From: the human T2T-CHM13v2.0 reference genome, Homo sapiens
Reading direction: 5' to 3' (one strand)
DNA: 64,000 nt
NCBI RefSeq assembly: GCF_009914755.1
Contig: NC_060929.1
Positions within the stretch are counted from its first letter, which is position 1. Each line of letters opens with the position of its first letter. Of the stretch, positions 50,469 through 64,000 are shown piece after piece. Position numbers and translations under genes: made by a program. The notes under the pieces are model-generated. The model did no database searches. It was not told where the DNA came from and saw nothing but the letters and a program-made list of their open reading frames with translations.

Positions 50469-52804
50469 TGTGGTATTGCAAAACACTGAAAGTGTGCTTC
50501 CTTGGGTAGTCTTGAGAAGAGTCATGCTGTAAGGACTTAAGGCACCAAAAAATTAAGACACAGCAGGGCCAGTAGGAGAGCATCAGGGTAATTCCACTAT
50601 AGGATATATCCTATATCCATTATAGGATAGTTTTGACAGACTGCAGAGGTCCCTTAGGCAAACCTTTCCTTTGTATGGGTGAGAAATTAGACTCAGGGAC
50701 AAGGTGTGACTTGTCCAAGGGCAAGGTGTGGATGTGCTTGGACAGTCACAGGGGTGTTGTGGTGAATGCTGTGAGACGCCTGTGTGACATACTGGGAATT
50801 AGAACTGACTCCAACTTGTAGCTAAATGTGTTTTGCGGGCTTTTCAATGTTGGGTTTGGATGGATATATTCTGACATCTCCCTGTCCCCTACCTCTCTGT
50901 CCCTTTGGAAATATCTGCTTATGAAAACCATATTATAATGAGGGATTTCTGTTTCAGATAGAATTATTCCCTTCAGCTTCAGGAGTGAGTTGATTATTCA
51001 CATGTTCTTTTTAGGGGGTTTAAGCTGCTAGTCCTTAAAGAATAGATGCTGAAGGTTGTCATTGATTCCTCTTTCCTTCCTCCCACGTCTGCTCTGGGCC
51101 TTCTCATTGATGTAGTATCTTAGGTTACTTCCAAAATAATTTGAGAAATGGATTTATAGAAGAAGCTAGCTTTCCAGTAGAAAAGTTTAGATGACAAGAT
51201 TAATGTGATAAGAACTAAGAAAGCCCTTCCTAGTTTTCATTGAAAATGTGTTTTTAATGCCCAGAGGTGCCCAGTCAAAAAGGAAATATTACAGAAGGAT
51301 TATTTTCATCAGCAGAGTTCTTGGGCATTGCAAGTTCCAGTGTAATTAGGGAAATCACATGCGAGTACATCAATACACTTCAGATGCCAATACATTGGGC
51401 TTAATGAGGACAACAAGCCTGCTTTTATTAGGGGATTGAATAAAAGTGAAAGGAGTTCTTGAAAAGAATTGGTAATTTTGGATGGGATAATTCATCACTT
51501 CACTCCAGATCAGTTTTTCACAGTAAGAAGTGCTGGCTCTTCAGAAAATTTGGCATAACCAAAGTTTATTGTCACTATCTCCTCCTTCTCACATTGTCCT
51601 TTGTCGCACCCCCAGCAGGTCCACAGTGATCCTGCGGGCCACCCCCATGGACCCTGCCCGTTTTCTTCCATCGGGGGCTATCTTACGTCAGTCTTTCAAG
51701 GTCTCCTCAGTAATGCAGGCCAGTTGGATTTTTGCTTTCTTTTCCCAGAGGACAATTCAGCCTCAGCGTCTTAGTCTAAAAGGATTCATGCAAGCGTGTC
51801 AGATGTTTTATTAGGCTAAGGGGGAGGTATTTTGGGTTGTGGGGAGCACTTACTGCAACCCTGTATGAAATTCCCTACTCAGTGATGTTCAGGCTGCACG
51901 GGCCAACATGGAAAGGGCTTAAGGGAGATGACAAAAACAAAATCTCTTCTTCCACAAAGATTTTCAGTTGATCAATTTTGTTACTTTTTTGTGATGAAAC
52001 TATCTGCACTGCAGCTAATGATTTTTTTCTGAAGGTGGAAAAGGTAGGAGCAACAGCTTTCAGTTCTAAGGATACATTCTGTTGACCTTCATAAGCCCTA
52101 GGAACTAGAGGGGCAAGATTGAGGAGGAAATAGAGAAAATAATTTGCTCTATAGTATTTTCCCCCTGAGCTGCCATCTGGGGCTTTCAGAGCTTAGCACT
52201 GCACTCTTGCAATGTTGCACACACCACAGGAGCAATATCAAGAGATGTCAAACATGAGTGGTATTGGTCACTGGAAACAGCAGATTCCAAATAGCTGTCT
52301 CACCAGACTATTCTTTCAGAAGATTCATTTGTGCCAACTACTTCTTTGTCATGGATCCTTCCTGGTTCTGCAACACAGATGTGGAAAGTGAAGAGAACAC
52401 GTCATGGAATTCCATTTCTAAGAGTGGAAAATATACAATTTACCATGGGATGTTTAAGATATTAATATATTGTTCACCATGTGTATCCAGAGCTTTAGTA
52501 GAAGTAGGTTAAAAGAGCCGTGCATGTATACACGGTGCTCCTCATTGTCAAACGCTGAAGCCTGTTACAGGCTGGGTTTGGGGGCTGGGGGTACTTACGG
52601 GACAAAGTCTGACTCTCGGTCTGTAGGCTGAGTGCCTTCTTAGTGTGTTGGGACTCAGCATGTATTCACCCCATCTGTACTCACAAGCCTAATTCATTAA
52701 TCAGGATGACTTACTGGGCTGTGAGCCCTTTGAGGACAGGACCTTGTACCTTTATCTTGTGCCTCTCATGCCTAGCATAGCACCAGGCATGTAACACGTT
52801 CTTT

Positions 52805-53200
52805 TTAAAAAAGTGTTTTACAGCTTTATCAAGGCATACATGATGTCAGATCAACTGCATGTGTTTAAAGTTTTACACTTGATGAGTTTTGATATATGTC
52901 TATACCCGTGAAACCATCACTGCAATCAAGATAATAAACGCATTCATCCACCCTAAAGTTTCTCGTGTCCCTTTGCAAGCCACCCCCCTTCCTCCCATTG
53001 TTCCCAGACAACCACTATTCTGCTTTCTGTCACTGCAGATGAGTTTGTGTTTTCTGGAATTTTATATAAGTGGAATCATACAACATGTACTCTGTTTTTC
53101 TGGCTGTTTTCACTCAGCATAATTTTCTCAAGATTCATTGAAGTTTTATATATTAATAGTTTGCTACATTTCATTGCTGAATAGTATTCCATTGTATAAA
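52805..53200 (-). mobile_element. L1MB-type 3' end
   Basis: acagctttatcaaggcataca...cccgtgaaaccatcactgcaatcaagata...ggaatcatacaacatgtact...gaatagtattccattgtat. Confidence 0.85.
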
Positions 53201-53364
53201 TCATAATAGGCACCTAACAAGTGTTTGTGGCTTTACACTGACTTGAAAATTAATTTTTAAGAATATAATTGGGCAAAAAGTGGACAATGGGATACCACTC
53301 TATTCTTGGTGAGTGGGTTCACTCAGGAAGTGGAAATAAGAATCAGGAGATAATTTGGCATGGT

Positions 53365-54215
<851 letters not shown>

Positions 54216-55389
54216 AGTTAGTAAGATGGAGTTAGTTAGAACAAGAGGGAGCTTAATGTTGCTGGAAGATCGTTTCCATCATGCTAATATGTCCATCTCC
54301 AGTGTATGGATGTTTCTGACTAGAAACCTGTGTCAACTGTTAGAATCTCTTTTCATGAGTTCTGGAAAAACCCTGAAACTATTCTTAAAATTCCCCTTTT
54401 CCCAATCATGTAACTCAAGCCCTGTCTATTTGTAGCCATCATTAACATTTTAGACTTCTTAAAATTATACTTATTTTATATTTATTGACTTTTAACATGG
54501 TGGCTCTGTGGTGGGATGTGGGGTTAACCTAACATCATTACAAAATTTACAAATCATAGTTATGGTGGTTTATTTGGAAATGTTTTCTGTGGATGCCCTG
54601 TCTCATTTATTGTATATGAATTTTTGTTATGTTTAATCTCTAGGGTTGGTTTGGCTTGTGACTCTCATTTTTTATTTGAAATATTTCAAACATACATAAA
54701 AGAGTGTATGTCCAGATGTCATTTATCTAGCAAACACATGACTCTGTAGAACAGTAGTTGCCAACTTTATTTATTAATGTAGTAGCGGAACCCTTTTTGC
54801 AAATGGCATGCTATGCAGAAGCCCATTATATAAAACATCTCAGAGCTTCTCTGGTTGAAGCAAAATGGAGGGCTTGGAGCCTTCCTAGATTAAACCCCAC
54901 CTTGGCCACCCCTTTCTACACCACGGTAGCCCCTTGAATCTGCTCACCCAGCCTGAAGGTCTTGTGAGCACATCTGAAAAGCACAGATTAAGAACCAGAA
55001 AGCAAGCTAAACACAGTGATCAGATTAGCCATAGCAGGTGATCCAGTGTCCAAACAGTAAAGCCCATCCGTTTTCTTCATAGAGGAGCCTCTGAGATTCT
55101 CATTCGGAACTCTGGGCTCTTATGTTAGCCACAATTCTAACAAGCTTTGCAATCTGGTTTCTCAGTCACGGAAGAATAGAAGAACAACTCAGAGGAGGAA
55201 GAAGTCAGACATAGCCAGACACGGCTGCTAGCAGTTCCACCAATGAAAGAGGAGACCAGGATGTTTAAAACAGGCAAACACAAGGTGCGAAAAACCAGAA
55301 GCGAAAACTTCTGAGGTCATTTAAGGTAAATGTAGTTCCCTAATATATTCCAGTGGGTTATGAGGGCATGATTTTATATATTTACGTCT

Positions 55390-55398
55390 AGAGAGAGA

Positions 55399-55432
<34 letters not shown>

Positions 55433-55590
55433 TTATATATGCATGTATAGATGCATACATATATATGTATGTGTATATATTTAGTGAGTGTGTGGTTGTA
55501 TAAAGTATGTGTATACATAAATACATAAAATATTTGTATACTTATACATATATATTATATATGTAAACAATATGCATATATACACATGCA
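55390..55590. repeat. (GA)/(TG)/(TA) low-complexity tract
   Basis: Direct reading. Confidence 0.9.
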
Positions 55591-56415
55591 ATATTTTGCT
55601 TAGTGGTTATAATGATGACTCTGAGAAGAAAAGCCTCCTGTTTTCTATTAGTCATTCTGTTTATAGTAATAACAATAATACTTACTGAAACAATTTTTAT
55701 GTGCTAGGTACTGTTCTGTTTTGTATGGTTAATTTATTTACTCTTTCTACTTTCTGAAGCAAGGACTATCGTTATCCCCGGAAGCAGAGAGAAGTTCCCT
55801 TTGCCCAACATCACACTGCAAGCACGTGTTGGAGCTGAGATTCAAACCCAGGCATCCAGGGTCCAGGGCCCATGCTTTTAATATATTCCATATCTTAGGA
55901 GAATTTCCCCTATTTAAACAATAAAAGTGCAAAAATCTTGTGGCTAGCCAAAATTTTCAGTTGTTTGGAAAACTTATTTATCCAATAAGTGGAAAACTCA
56001 CTTGTCCTCCAACAATTCTGGATAAATGAAAGAACGAATTGAACTGAGACTGGAATCCGGGTCTCCCAGTACTTTGTAGTTCCTATCCATATGGCTTGTC
56101 AGGAAGGCCACAGGGAGGTTAACTAACTCTGCGTAACCAGAAACAATCCCACATCAGACTGTTGGCAGTGGGAGTGGAACACTCAGAGCTGAACCGCATG
56201 CAAGATGGTTGCATTTTCATTTGCAATGTCGTCATCTTCCTCATGGCTAAAGAGGTATTTTGGAGTTGACATGAAGGCTACTGTAATTTTTAGAGGCATT
56301 TTCTTTCTGGCCTGTATTTACATATTGTGGTAGAAGAGTCAGAAGACTTCAAGCTTCAAAAGTGAATCTTGTTGCGAGTTACAAAAGCACCACCCGGTGG
56401 GGTGCAGCTCTCAGC

Positions 56416-56733
56416 ATGTGTCACCACAGGCACTGTGATTTCCCTGTCTTCATCCAACTTTGGTTGCTGTTCTTCATGCTCAGGAATTCTGCAACTGCTG
56501 TAGCTTTTGCTGTTGTTATGTCTGTAGGTATGGACTCATTTCTACCATTCTGGAATGAAACATTATTTCAAGGGAAGCTTCTCATTGTAAAAGGTCCACA
56601 CATTCAGAAGGAAACTGGGAGTACATTTTCTCATAGGCCTGGAGCATTAACTGACTATGCATCTTTCCCCTCAGTGTTGTCATCATGTTGTAAGGGGATG
56701 AGTCATGGACAACATTTTCACACACATACGTGA
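56416..56733 (+). CDS. Putative 105-aa GDNFOS (GDNF-AS1) ORF, MCHHRHCDFPVFIQLWLLFFML...; translation unproven
   Basis: The first ATG within ORF 56362-56733 gives exactly 105 codons, the length I recall being reported for a GDNFOS transcript. It has a hydrophobic N-terminal segment and is not repeat-derived as far as I can see. Confidence 0.4.
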   Translation: MCHHRHCDFPVFIQLWLLFFMLRNSATAVAFAVVMSVGMDSFLPFWNETLFQGKLLIVKGPHIQKETGSTFSHRPGALTDYASFPSVLSSCCKGMSHGQHFHTHT

Positions 56734-57091
56734 GGTCCATTGACCAGTCTTTAGGACAACTAGAAATCTTTTCTTTCTTTGTTTTAAAAAGGAAGACAAG
56801 TCAAGATACAGCAAATAAAAATGCTCAGCACATTTGCTGAAATCTTAGCAAAATCAAATTACTAGTAATTTGTTAATCACACTATACCTGTTTTGAGCCA
56901 ATCCTACTTAACCCACCCTCCATCTTCCTCATGCTTGCCTCCCTGGTGAACTCCTATTTATGTTACAAAGCTCAGTGTTTATGTTACTACTTTTGTGCTA
57001 TTTCTGAACGTTAAATGTACCTCTATTATAGAACATATCTCATGGAATAGTTATTATTGCATATCCACTGCCCTTGTTAGGCTGTGAGTGA

Positions 57092-57240
57092 GCTTTCTTT
57101 CTTTCTTTTTCTTTCCTTCCCTCCTTCCTTCCCTACTTCCTCCCTCCCTCCCTCTCTCCCTCCCTCCCTCTCTCCCTCCCTCCCTTCCTTCCTTTGCTCC
57201 TTCTCTCTTTCTCTCTTTTTCATTTCTTTTCTTTTTTTTT
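57092..57240. repeat. CT-rich (CCTT/CCCT/CTTT)n polypyrimidine tract
   Basis: Direct reading. Confidence 0.9.
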
Positions 57241-57261
57241 AAATTTGAGACAGGGTGTCAC

Positions 57262-57845
57262 AAATATGAATGGGACCTGTGAATATGATGGCTGTCACTC
57301 TCTGATTAGATTACATTATATGGCTAAGGTGAAGGAATTCTGCAGATGTAATTAAGGTCCCAGATGAGTTGATATTGAGTTACTCACAAAGGAGATTATA
57401 CTGGATGGCCCTACCTTAATCAGGGAAAAGCCCTTAAAAGAGGACTGGGCCTTTCCTGAAGGAGGACAGTCCACTGCTGGCTTTGAAGCAGTAAGCAGCT
57501 GTGTTTTAAGGGGGCCTATGGAGGGGCCCATGTGGCAAGGTCCTGAGGGTGGCCTCTAGGAGTTGGCAGCAGTTCCCAGCCACTGGCTAGCAAGAAAACA
57601 GGTGGTTCAGCCACATAGCCACAAGGAAATGAATTCTACCAACAATCCAAATGAGCTTGGAAGTGGATATTTTCCATGGTCAAGCCTCCAGACGAACACC
57701 TTAACTGTAACATATGAACAGCTGAGCAGAGGACCTGCTTCAGCCATGCCTGGACTCCTGACTTGTGGAAACTGAGATAACAAATGTATATTATTTTAAG
57801 CTGGTAAGGTTGTGGTAATTTGTTATGCAACAATGCCGAATACAG
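57262..57845 (+). mobile_element. MLT1D/E-like LTR
   Basis: gcagatgtaattaaggtcc...ggagattat...ccacaaggaaatgaattctaccaacaa...ttttaagctggtaaggttgtggtaatttgttatgcaacaat. Confidence 0.85.
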
Positions 57846-59319
57846 TAGGCATCTTAAATGTTTGTTGAACTTAATTTAATCAGGGAAATATAATATTTAA
57901 AAGGAATCTTTTCTAAAGTTTTAGCCAATTTAATGAATGTAGATATCTTAAAGAATTGCCATCTTCCTTTGGATCTTCTAGCCATGCAATCGACTTCACA
58001 AACTTCCAAGTTTTCATAAATACCAGCTTCTGATTGTCTGGAAACAGGAAGTGAGATTCTCTCCAGCCATCATTTGGCATTCTTGGGAGATAGAATGGAT
58101 AAAAATTGATGTTGAAATGAGACCACCATCATTTTTCAGTCTGCTCACCACGTACAGAGCTCAGGATGATTAGAAAATGTAAAACACATGTGAGTGGCTC
58201 AAACCCCTTTAGTTAAATCACATTTACATAGATCAGTTTTCCCAAGGGATATAAGTTAGCTGAACTTAAGCAATTAAAAAAAATAAAACTAAACTAAAAC
58301 CTTTTGCTAAAGCCAAAAAACATGGATGAGTTAAACTGTATCAGATGGAATGGTTTGTTTTGAAAAGTGTTTGGTTTGTTGTCTATATACGTGCGTGCTT
58401 TTTTAAAAGGCAGATAGAAAAGCAGAACTTACAAGACCTTTAGCTGCTGAGGTGGAAAGCCAGTATTACTTCTACCACAGCAGTTGATATCATCGGTCTC
58501 ACCAGCAGGTCACGGATTTGTTGCTTGCTCCCTGTGACAATCTTGAACCATTGTAGGGACCTTGGCATATAGAGGGACGGTGAACAGGGCTGAAAACAAA
58601 ATTGAACTCAATCTTGAGCTTGGTATTCCACCGAGAGCAGGTTTTCTGGGCTTTGAAATACCGCCTCAGAGAGACCTTCCTTGATATTCTGCCATGTTGA
58701 GAACAAGAACAAACTTTTTGGCCCTGGAACCTCTTCCCTCCCAGTGCCAACATGTTCAATTTCATTTGCCCTTGGCTAAATGTAGCTTCCTGTTTCTAAG
58801 AAAAGAAGCAGAAAGGGGCTTTTGAAGGCCTCACAGACAGTCTCAGAAGGCTTCATGGGCAGCAGACAACTCTTAGCAAACAACAATTTGATGAGTTAAG
58901 TGTAAACGGCTCAGAGACATATGGATTACATTTTTTGGGAAATACACATGGGCTTACAATGTAAAACTGGGTAGTGTGGGGTGGGGTGGAGAAGGGAATG
59001 CTTGGAAAAGTGTGGTTTGGGTCTTGCTAATTGCAAAATATTTGAAACAAATAATTTGAGATGTTTTGCTCAACGTACAGCGCGGTTGGATTTGCCCTTT
59101 CCATCTATTTACGTGTCATTTTCAGATTCGGCTCACATACCAATACTGGTTTGGGTCTTGAGTTGATTTTTAAAAATGCAGTTATTTTGAAAGGTCATGC
59201 CATGTGATTTCTGTGTAGCCTCTGAGCATAAAGGGTGGGGTGGTATAGGGGAAGAACTGGGCATTTAGAAACCTCTCTGCCTGTAGGTCAAACTGCTGCT
59301 CAGCTCTTCTGGTATATTC

Positions 59320-59660
59320 TACTTATGGAGGTTCCAAATCCAGGCTGTGTTAGTAAGATGCAGCAGCCTCAGTCTCCCCACCTGTAAAATGGGGACAGTA
59401 ATACTTATCCCAGAACCCATGGCGATTGGGATGCTGTGTGGTGTGGAGTTAAAGTGTGGACCCTGGAGGCATATACCTGTGCATATCCCAGCTCTGCTGC
59501 TGATGTGAGCTTGGGCAAGTTCTTCAGCTTCCCTGGGCTTTTGTTTCTTCATCTGTGTAATGAGGAATATCTTAGCATCCACCACATAGGGTTACCTTGA
59601 GAATTAAAAGATTTAACCCAGTCCCCGGCACACAATAAGTGTTCAGCAAATGCTAACAGT
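59320..59660 (+). mobile_element. Two tandem MIR fragments
   Basis: gcctcagtctccccacctgtaaaatgggga and ttgggcaagttcttcagcttccctgggcttttgtttcttcatctgtgtaatgagg. Confidence 0.7.
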
Positions 59661-60049
59661 GGCTCTTGTTGTTTATAATTTATCTTGTTCTATTAAGTAT
59701 ATGAATACAGTAGATAATAAGGCAAATTCACCTCCAGGCTGGGGAGAGGAATAGCCCCTTACCAAACAGTGAGGGTCTCCTTCAGCTTACCTTCTTTTTC
59801 TTATTGTTTCAACCTATGGATTAATTACCTAGTTTTGTGACCCCAAAATAAAAGGGTAGATTCCTTGATCTAAAATTAGACTCATCTTTTCCCTATCCTA
59901 GGAAGGATCCGTTTCTCTCTTCTATTTTACCACTGTCTAGCACCTGGAGACACTTGGTTTAAGAGCCCAGCTAGTTTATACTAGAGTGTGAGGGAATTCT
60001 GAGGGCTCAGGTGGAAGGAAAGCATGATTCCAGAGTGTTGTTGGGTTAA

Positions 60050-60200
60050 TGCATTGCTTCTCAACCCTTCCTGCACATTAGAATGAATTGAGAAGCATTT
60101 CAAAAATAATAGAAATGTTAGTGTGGGGCTTCGGTATTAGTACATTTTTTAACTCCCCAGCTGCTTCTATTGCGCAGCCAGGACTGAGAACCACCCTGGC
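60050..60200. mobile_element. MER5-like MITE
   Basis: ttctcaaccc...gcacattagaat...ctccccagctgcttctattgcgcagccaggactgagaaccac. Confidence 0.65.
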
Positions 60201-60747
60201 TAAGGCATTCAGTGGCATTGTAGGTGCTTCCCTGGGTCGTTTCTGACTCGCCCCTTTTAACTCACTGGCCCCTCGGACTCTGATTTCTGCCCTTCATGCA
60301 GTGGGAGAGCTTTCCTCTGGGGCTTGCCTTGAGGTCTGCAGGAGCAAGGCCACTTCCTCTCTGAATCCTAGACACAGGCTTTGGGTCAGTACTCCCACCC
60401 ACGTGGAGCCCCCTTCTGCCCCTCTGCTCTGGGGGATCTTGTCTGAATCCATCCCTTCTTTGCCTGCCTTATGCCTTCTAGCTACTATTCCTCTGCCCTT
60501 CCTTTCTTGATCAGCACAATTCTGCTGCTTTAAGTCCTTTTTTCCATTAACCATTGACTGCCCTTTGCTCTGTCAAACATAGTTTTGGAGGCTGTGTAGT
60601 GTAGTGAAAGAACAGGGAATTTGAGGTTGGACCTGGGTTTAACTCTCTCCTTGATTGCTGACAAGTTACTTAACCTCTACTCATTTGTAAACTAGGAATA
60701 ATCTGACCTGGATGAGACTGCTGTGAAGATGAAAAGAGGTAAAGGAG

Positions 60748-61130
60748 GGGTGATGGTGTGGTAGTGGTGGCCTGGTGAGAATGACGGTGGTGGAGTGATG
60801 GTGATAATGAGAATGATGATAATGGTAATGGCGGTGTTGCGGTGAGGGTGTTGATGTGGTGGTAGTGCTGATTTTCGTGGCAGGTGATGGCTATAGTGAT
60901 AGGGGTGGTGGTGATGATGGTGGTGGTAGTTGTAATGGTGACTGTGATGGTGGTGTTGATGATACTGGTGATAGCAGTAATGGTAGTGATGATGGTAATG
61001 ATGGTGTTAATGATGGTGGTTTGATGGTGGTGAACATGACAGTGGAGGTGGTTGTAGTAATGATGATAATGATTTGGTGGTGGTGGTAGTTGTGGTGGTG
61101 GTGGTGATGGTGGCAGTGGTTTAGTGGTAA
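60748..61130. repeat. Degenerate (TGG/TGA)n trinucleotide array
   Basis: Direct reading; explains the poly-His/Pro and Gly/Asp ORFs here. Confidence 0.95.
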
Positions 61131-61246
61131 AAGTTCAGTCAAGAAAGAAGAAAGCTGGAGGAACCAACAGTATTCTGATCAGAGGAACCACATGGGAAGC
61201 ATTGACAGAGGGTCTTTGCATTTGCTAAGGCCATGGGAGTAGCTGG

Positions 61247-61820
61247 TTGTATCAGTTAGCATTTGATCAGGAAATCAGAGCTACTCTGTATGACACGGAA
61301 TAAGGGATTAATCATAGGGATTAAACTTACCCATTATGAAAACTAGTAAAAAAGTCTAGGCAAGGCTGTTGCCTCTGTATCTGGTGTTGGGCTTGACGTT
61401 TCTTTGGGTCAGCAGGGCTTACAGATGGGACAGAAAGTGGATGGAAAGGGGAGAGCAAGAACAAACTGGACCATGTCTCTGACTCTCACCACCTGCAGTG
61501 GTAACACAGTGACCTGCAGGAAAAGCCAATGCCTCTCATCTCAGGCCTGGACATGCACCTGGGTCAGGACTCTGGGCTGGAGGAGACCCAGGGAGCCGGA
61601 GGTACTGGAGCCCTGCTCCATCAAGGTGAGGCAGCAGGTCTGAGATATATGTGAGCTGCTGCTGCGCCGGGTCCCTAATTAAACCTCCTGAGTGGAATGG
61701 CTACTGCTTCCCTTCTGCCTTCCAATCTTCTCACAGATTTCTCTTGTTGCCAGCTTTAATCTGGAACCATAGAGGAAGGAACTTTGGGAAATGTGGTTCC
61801 TGCTTAGTTCTGGTGGCACA
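61247..61820. mobile_element. Probable old ERVL-class LTR
   Basis: tgtatcagttagcatttgatcaggaaatcagagc start and ggaactttgggaaatgtggttcc end; family uncertain. Confidence 0.45.
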
Positions 61821-63044
61821 GCACAAGTCACTGCCGAGGGGTCCCCATGTGGATTGGATGGGTTAAAAGCTTCAGCACCTGTAGTGGCCTGTGCAGTCTA
61901 CTTGCTCTGACATTTCAAGCCTGGAGAGGCAAGGGGGACAAGAGCTGAGCTGAGGGCCATGCCAGGGAACTGGACAAGGAAGGCCTTGGCACTCTCAAGT
62001 CAGGGAATAGCCTCGCCATTTCATCTCATCCCCAGATGCTGGAGTGCGTTGGTCTCCCTTCTAACCTCTAACCACTGAAAGGGACCCTCTGTACAACCAA
62101 TCCTTGACTTTGGAATCATGGGCTGAGTAAGGCTGAAACATTTAGCCGTCTTTGGGACCCCAGTATTTCCCTAGTCTCACTCTAGTGTCTCTTGAAGTGG
62201 CTGTCTTTCAAGGTGTTGACCCTACTCCCTGTTTCTAACATCTGCCTGCTACATAATCCAGCTGGACTTCTCAGGTATCCCTGGTGGCTGAACTCCTTAG
62301 ACCAGGGAGCTCCCCTAGTGCCTCTAGTGCTGACAAAGTGCCACTTTGCAACAGTTTCTGCCCTTTTCCCGGTTCTCTGGCTTCTAAAGCCTTCATTTAT
62401 CCACAGATAGAAATACAATCAATCCCATCCTTACTCTTTCTTTTGACAATTTTCTTCATCAGATATACACTTAGAATTTAACTCAACTGTGTTCTCTCCT
62501 ATTTTGTCGGTCACTGCTGTAACTTACATGGAATCATGGTTGGGTGGCAGGGACTGAAGTAGTTAGTTCTCACTTATTTACTGTGAAATGAATAGTTTGA
62601 GATTCGGTCAGTAGTCAGAATGGTATTCTTCACTTCCTCCTTTTCTTTATTTACTATGCTACCTGGTTTGTGAACATTTTCTCCAGCTGCAAGCAATTTA
62701 CACAAACTGTAAACTCTTTATCCATTATAATCCCTGTAACTATGCCTAGAGACTGGAAAATGACCAGTTGTCATTACATTCGGAAAAGCATAGAAAGGAT
62801 CTCCTTACTTGTGGCCCTACACCTGGTACTTTTCAGATAGTAGATGAGTTATTAGGATGATTTGCACCTCAGTTTTCTTATCTGTAAAATGGGAGGGTTG
62901 CCTTGCATTTCATGCTGTGTTCTTTGATGCCCTGGGGGATTGCCGGATTGCCAGAGGACTCATTGGGAATTTGGGGATGGGGAAGAGCATGTGTCTAGAG
63001 GGCCTTCATCCCTCATTCAACTAGCAAAAAGCCACTTATTCTGT

Positions 63045-63470
63045 GTTATATATTTGGTTTCTATGAGAGATTGGATTATTGGTCAGCAATAAAAATCACT
63101 CCCTTCCTTCTTCCTCTTGGAGCAGACCGTAACTCCCCTGTTCTACTGACTTTGGGCTTGGCTATATGACTAACTTTGGCCAATGAAATGTGGGAGGATG
63201 TGATGTGAATAGAGGCTTTAAATGTACTTGCATGGTTTGGCTTACCTCTTGTACTCTTCTGTTTGCTGTGAGAATATGCTGCAGGGAGCCACTGGTCCAA
63301 GGAGAAGAAGAGGGGTGTAGAACAGACCTAAACCCAACCTGTAGCCTGAAACAGAGCCGAGTCCAGCCTAGATCCACTTATAGTCAACCTGTTGATCTGT
63401 TAGCACAAAAACACATGCTGCCATAAGCTGTTGTGTTTTGTTACACAGCTATAGCTGTCTAATTCAGCTT
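63045..63470 (+). mobile_element. MLT1-family LTR
   Basis: gggcttggctatatgactaactttggccaatgaaatgtggg...tttgttacacagctatagct. Confidence 0.75.
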
Positions 63471-64000
63471 ACAAATAAGTTTTGTCCATAATCATATTTT
63501 TTGGTTTAAAAAAGTTTGAAAACCACTGGGTTTGCTGAGTTTTCAGCTTTCCCATCCACTTCTACTGTCCTGTTTCTTTCTCTTTGTGTATTTAGGAAAG
63601 AGAGGGAGAAAGAAAGGGTTTTGGAAACAACACAGTCTGGTAGAAAGAAAGAAAGGATAATTTTTTTCTTTTGAGGAAAGAGGGACTTAGGGAGCTGGGA
63701 GGAGAGATAGGCACATTCATAGTTAAAGTATGTTTTGTTTCTTTTTTGAACCCTCAAGTAAACATTTCTCCACTGACATTGTTTTGCACTGTTACATTAT
63801 TTTGTTCACTTTAGTGTTCCATTTGTACAACCTCTGAAATTCCAGGAAGAAGGTGAAAGAATAACATTGCACATAGCCCTGGGTTGTGCTGTGTTTACTT
63901 CATGATGGACCGTTCACTTGGGCTTAACCTTAAACTGACCTTTCTGATTCCAGACGAGACAGCAAAGCTTTGCTCACAGATTCAAAATCAGGGAACAGAA

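Larger units (their letters stand above)
55083..56860 (+). ncRNA. GDNF-AS1: Candidate distal exons / 3' end of GDNF-AS1 (GDNFOS)
   Basis: Acceptor TTTTCTTCATAG at 55071-55082, donor TTAAG|GTAAAT after 55325, possible acceptor TAG at 56331-56333, AATAAA at 56814-56819. Contains the 105-codon ORF whose length matches the reported GDNFOS3 ORF. Confidence 0.5.

Noticed and set aside
60856-61142. Poly-His/Pro and Gly/Asp-rich ORFs
   Set aside because: Translations of a (TGG/TGA)n simple repeat.

Overview
Human (primate) genomic DNA containing the 5' half of the GDNF gene (glial cell line-derived neurotrophic factor, chr5p13) on the minus strand and about 42 kb of upstream sequence. The first coding exon (15888-15712, ATG at 15862, MKLWDVVAVCLVLLHTASA...) has two in-frame donors 78 nt apart, the alpha and beta pro-GDNF forms. 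Three alternative first exons have donors at 20573, 16700 and 16461. A CpG-island cluster spans about 15.5-21.7 kb, with a TATA box and CRE-like site near 21.7 kb. The exon for mature GDNF lies outside the window, below position 1. The plus strand probably carries the antisense gene GDNF-AS1/GDNFOS (candidate first exon overlapping the GDNF 5' end, distal exons at about 55-57 kb, and a 105-codon ORF). The rest is ordinary mammalian repeat sequence (Alu, MIR, L1, L2, MaLR LTRs, hAT MITEs, microsatellites); repeat subfamily calls are from memory of consensus sequences and boundaries are approximate unless TSDs are given. The most notable observations are: (1) a stop-start chain of uORFs (TAATG, then ATGA across the splice junction) ending on the GDNF start codon; (2) each of the three first exons places an AUG in a different frame of the shared 26-nt exon-2 leader; (3) an 80-bp templated insertion with a 17-bp near-palindromic duplication inside a MER58 element.
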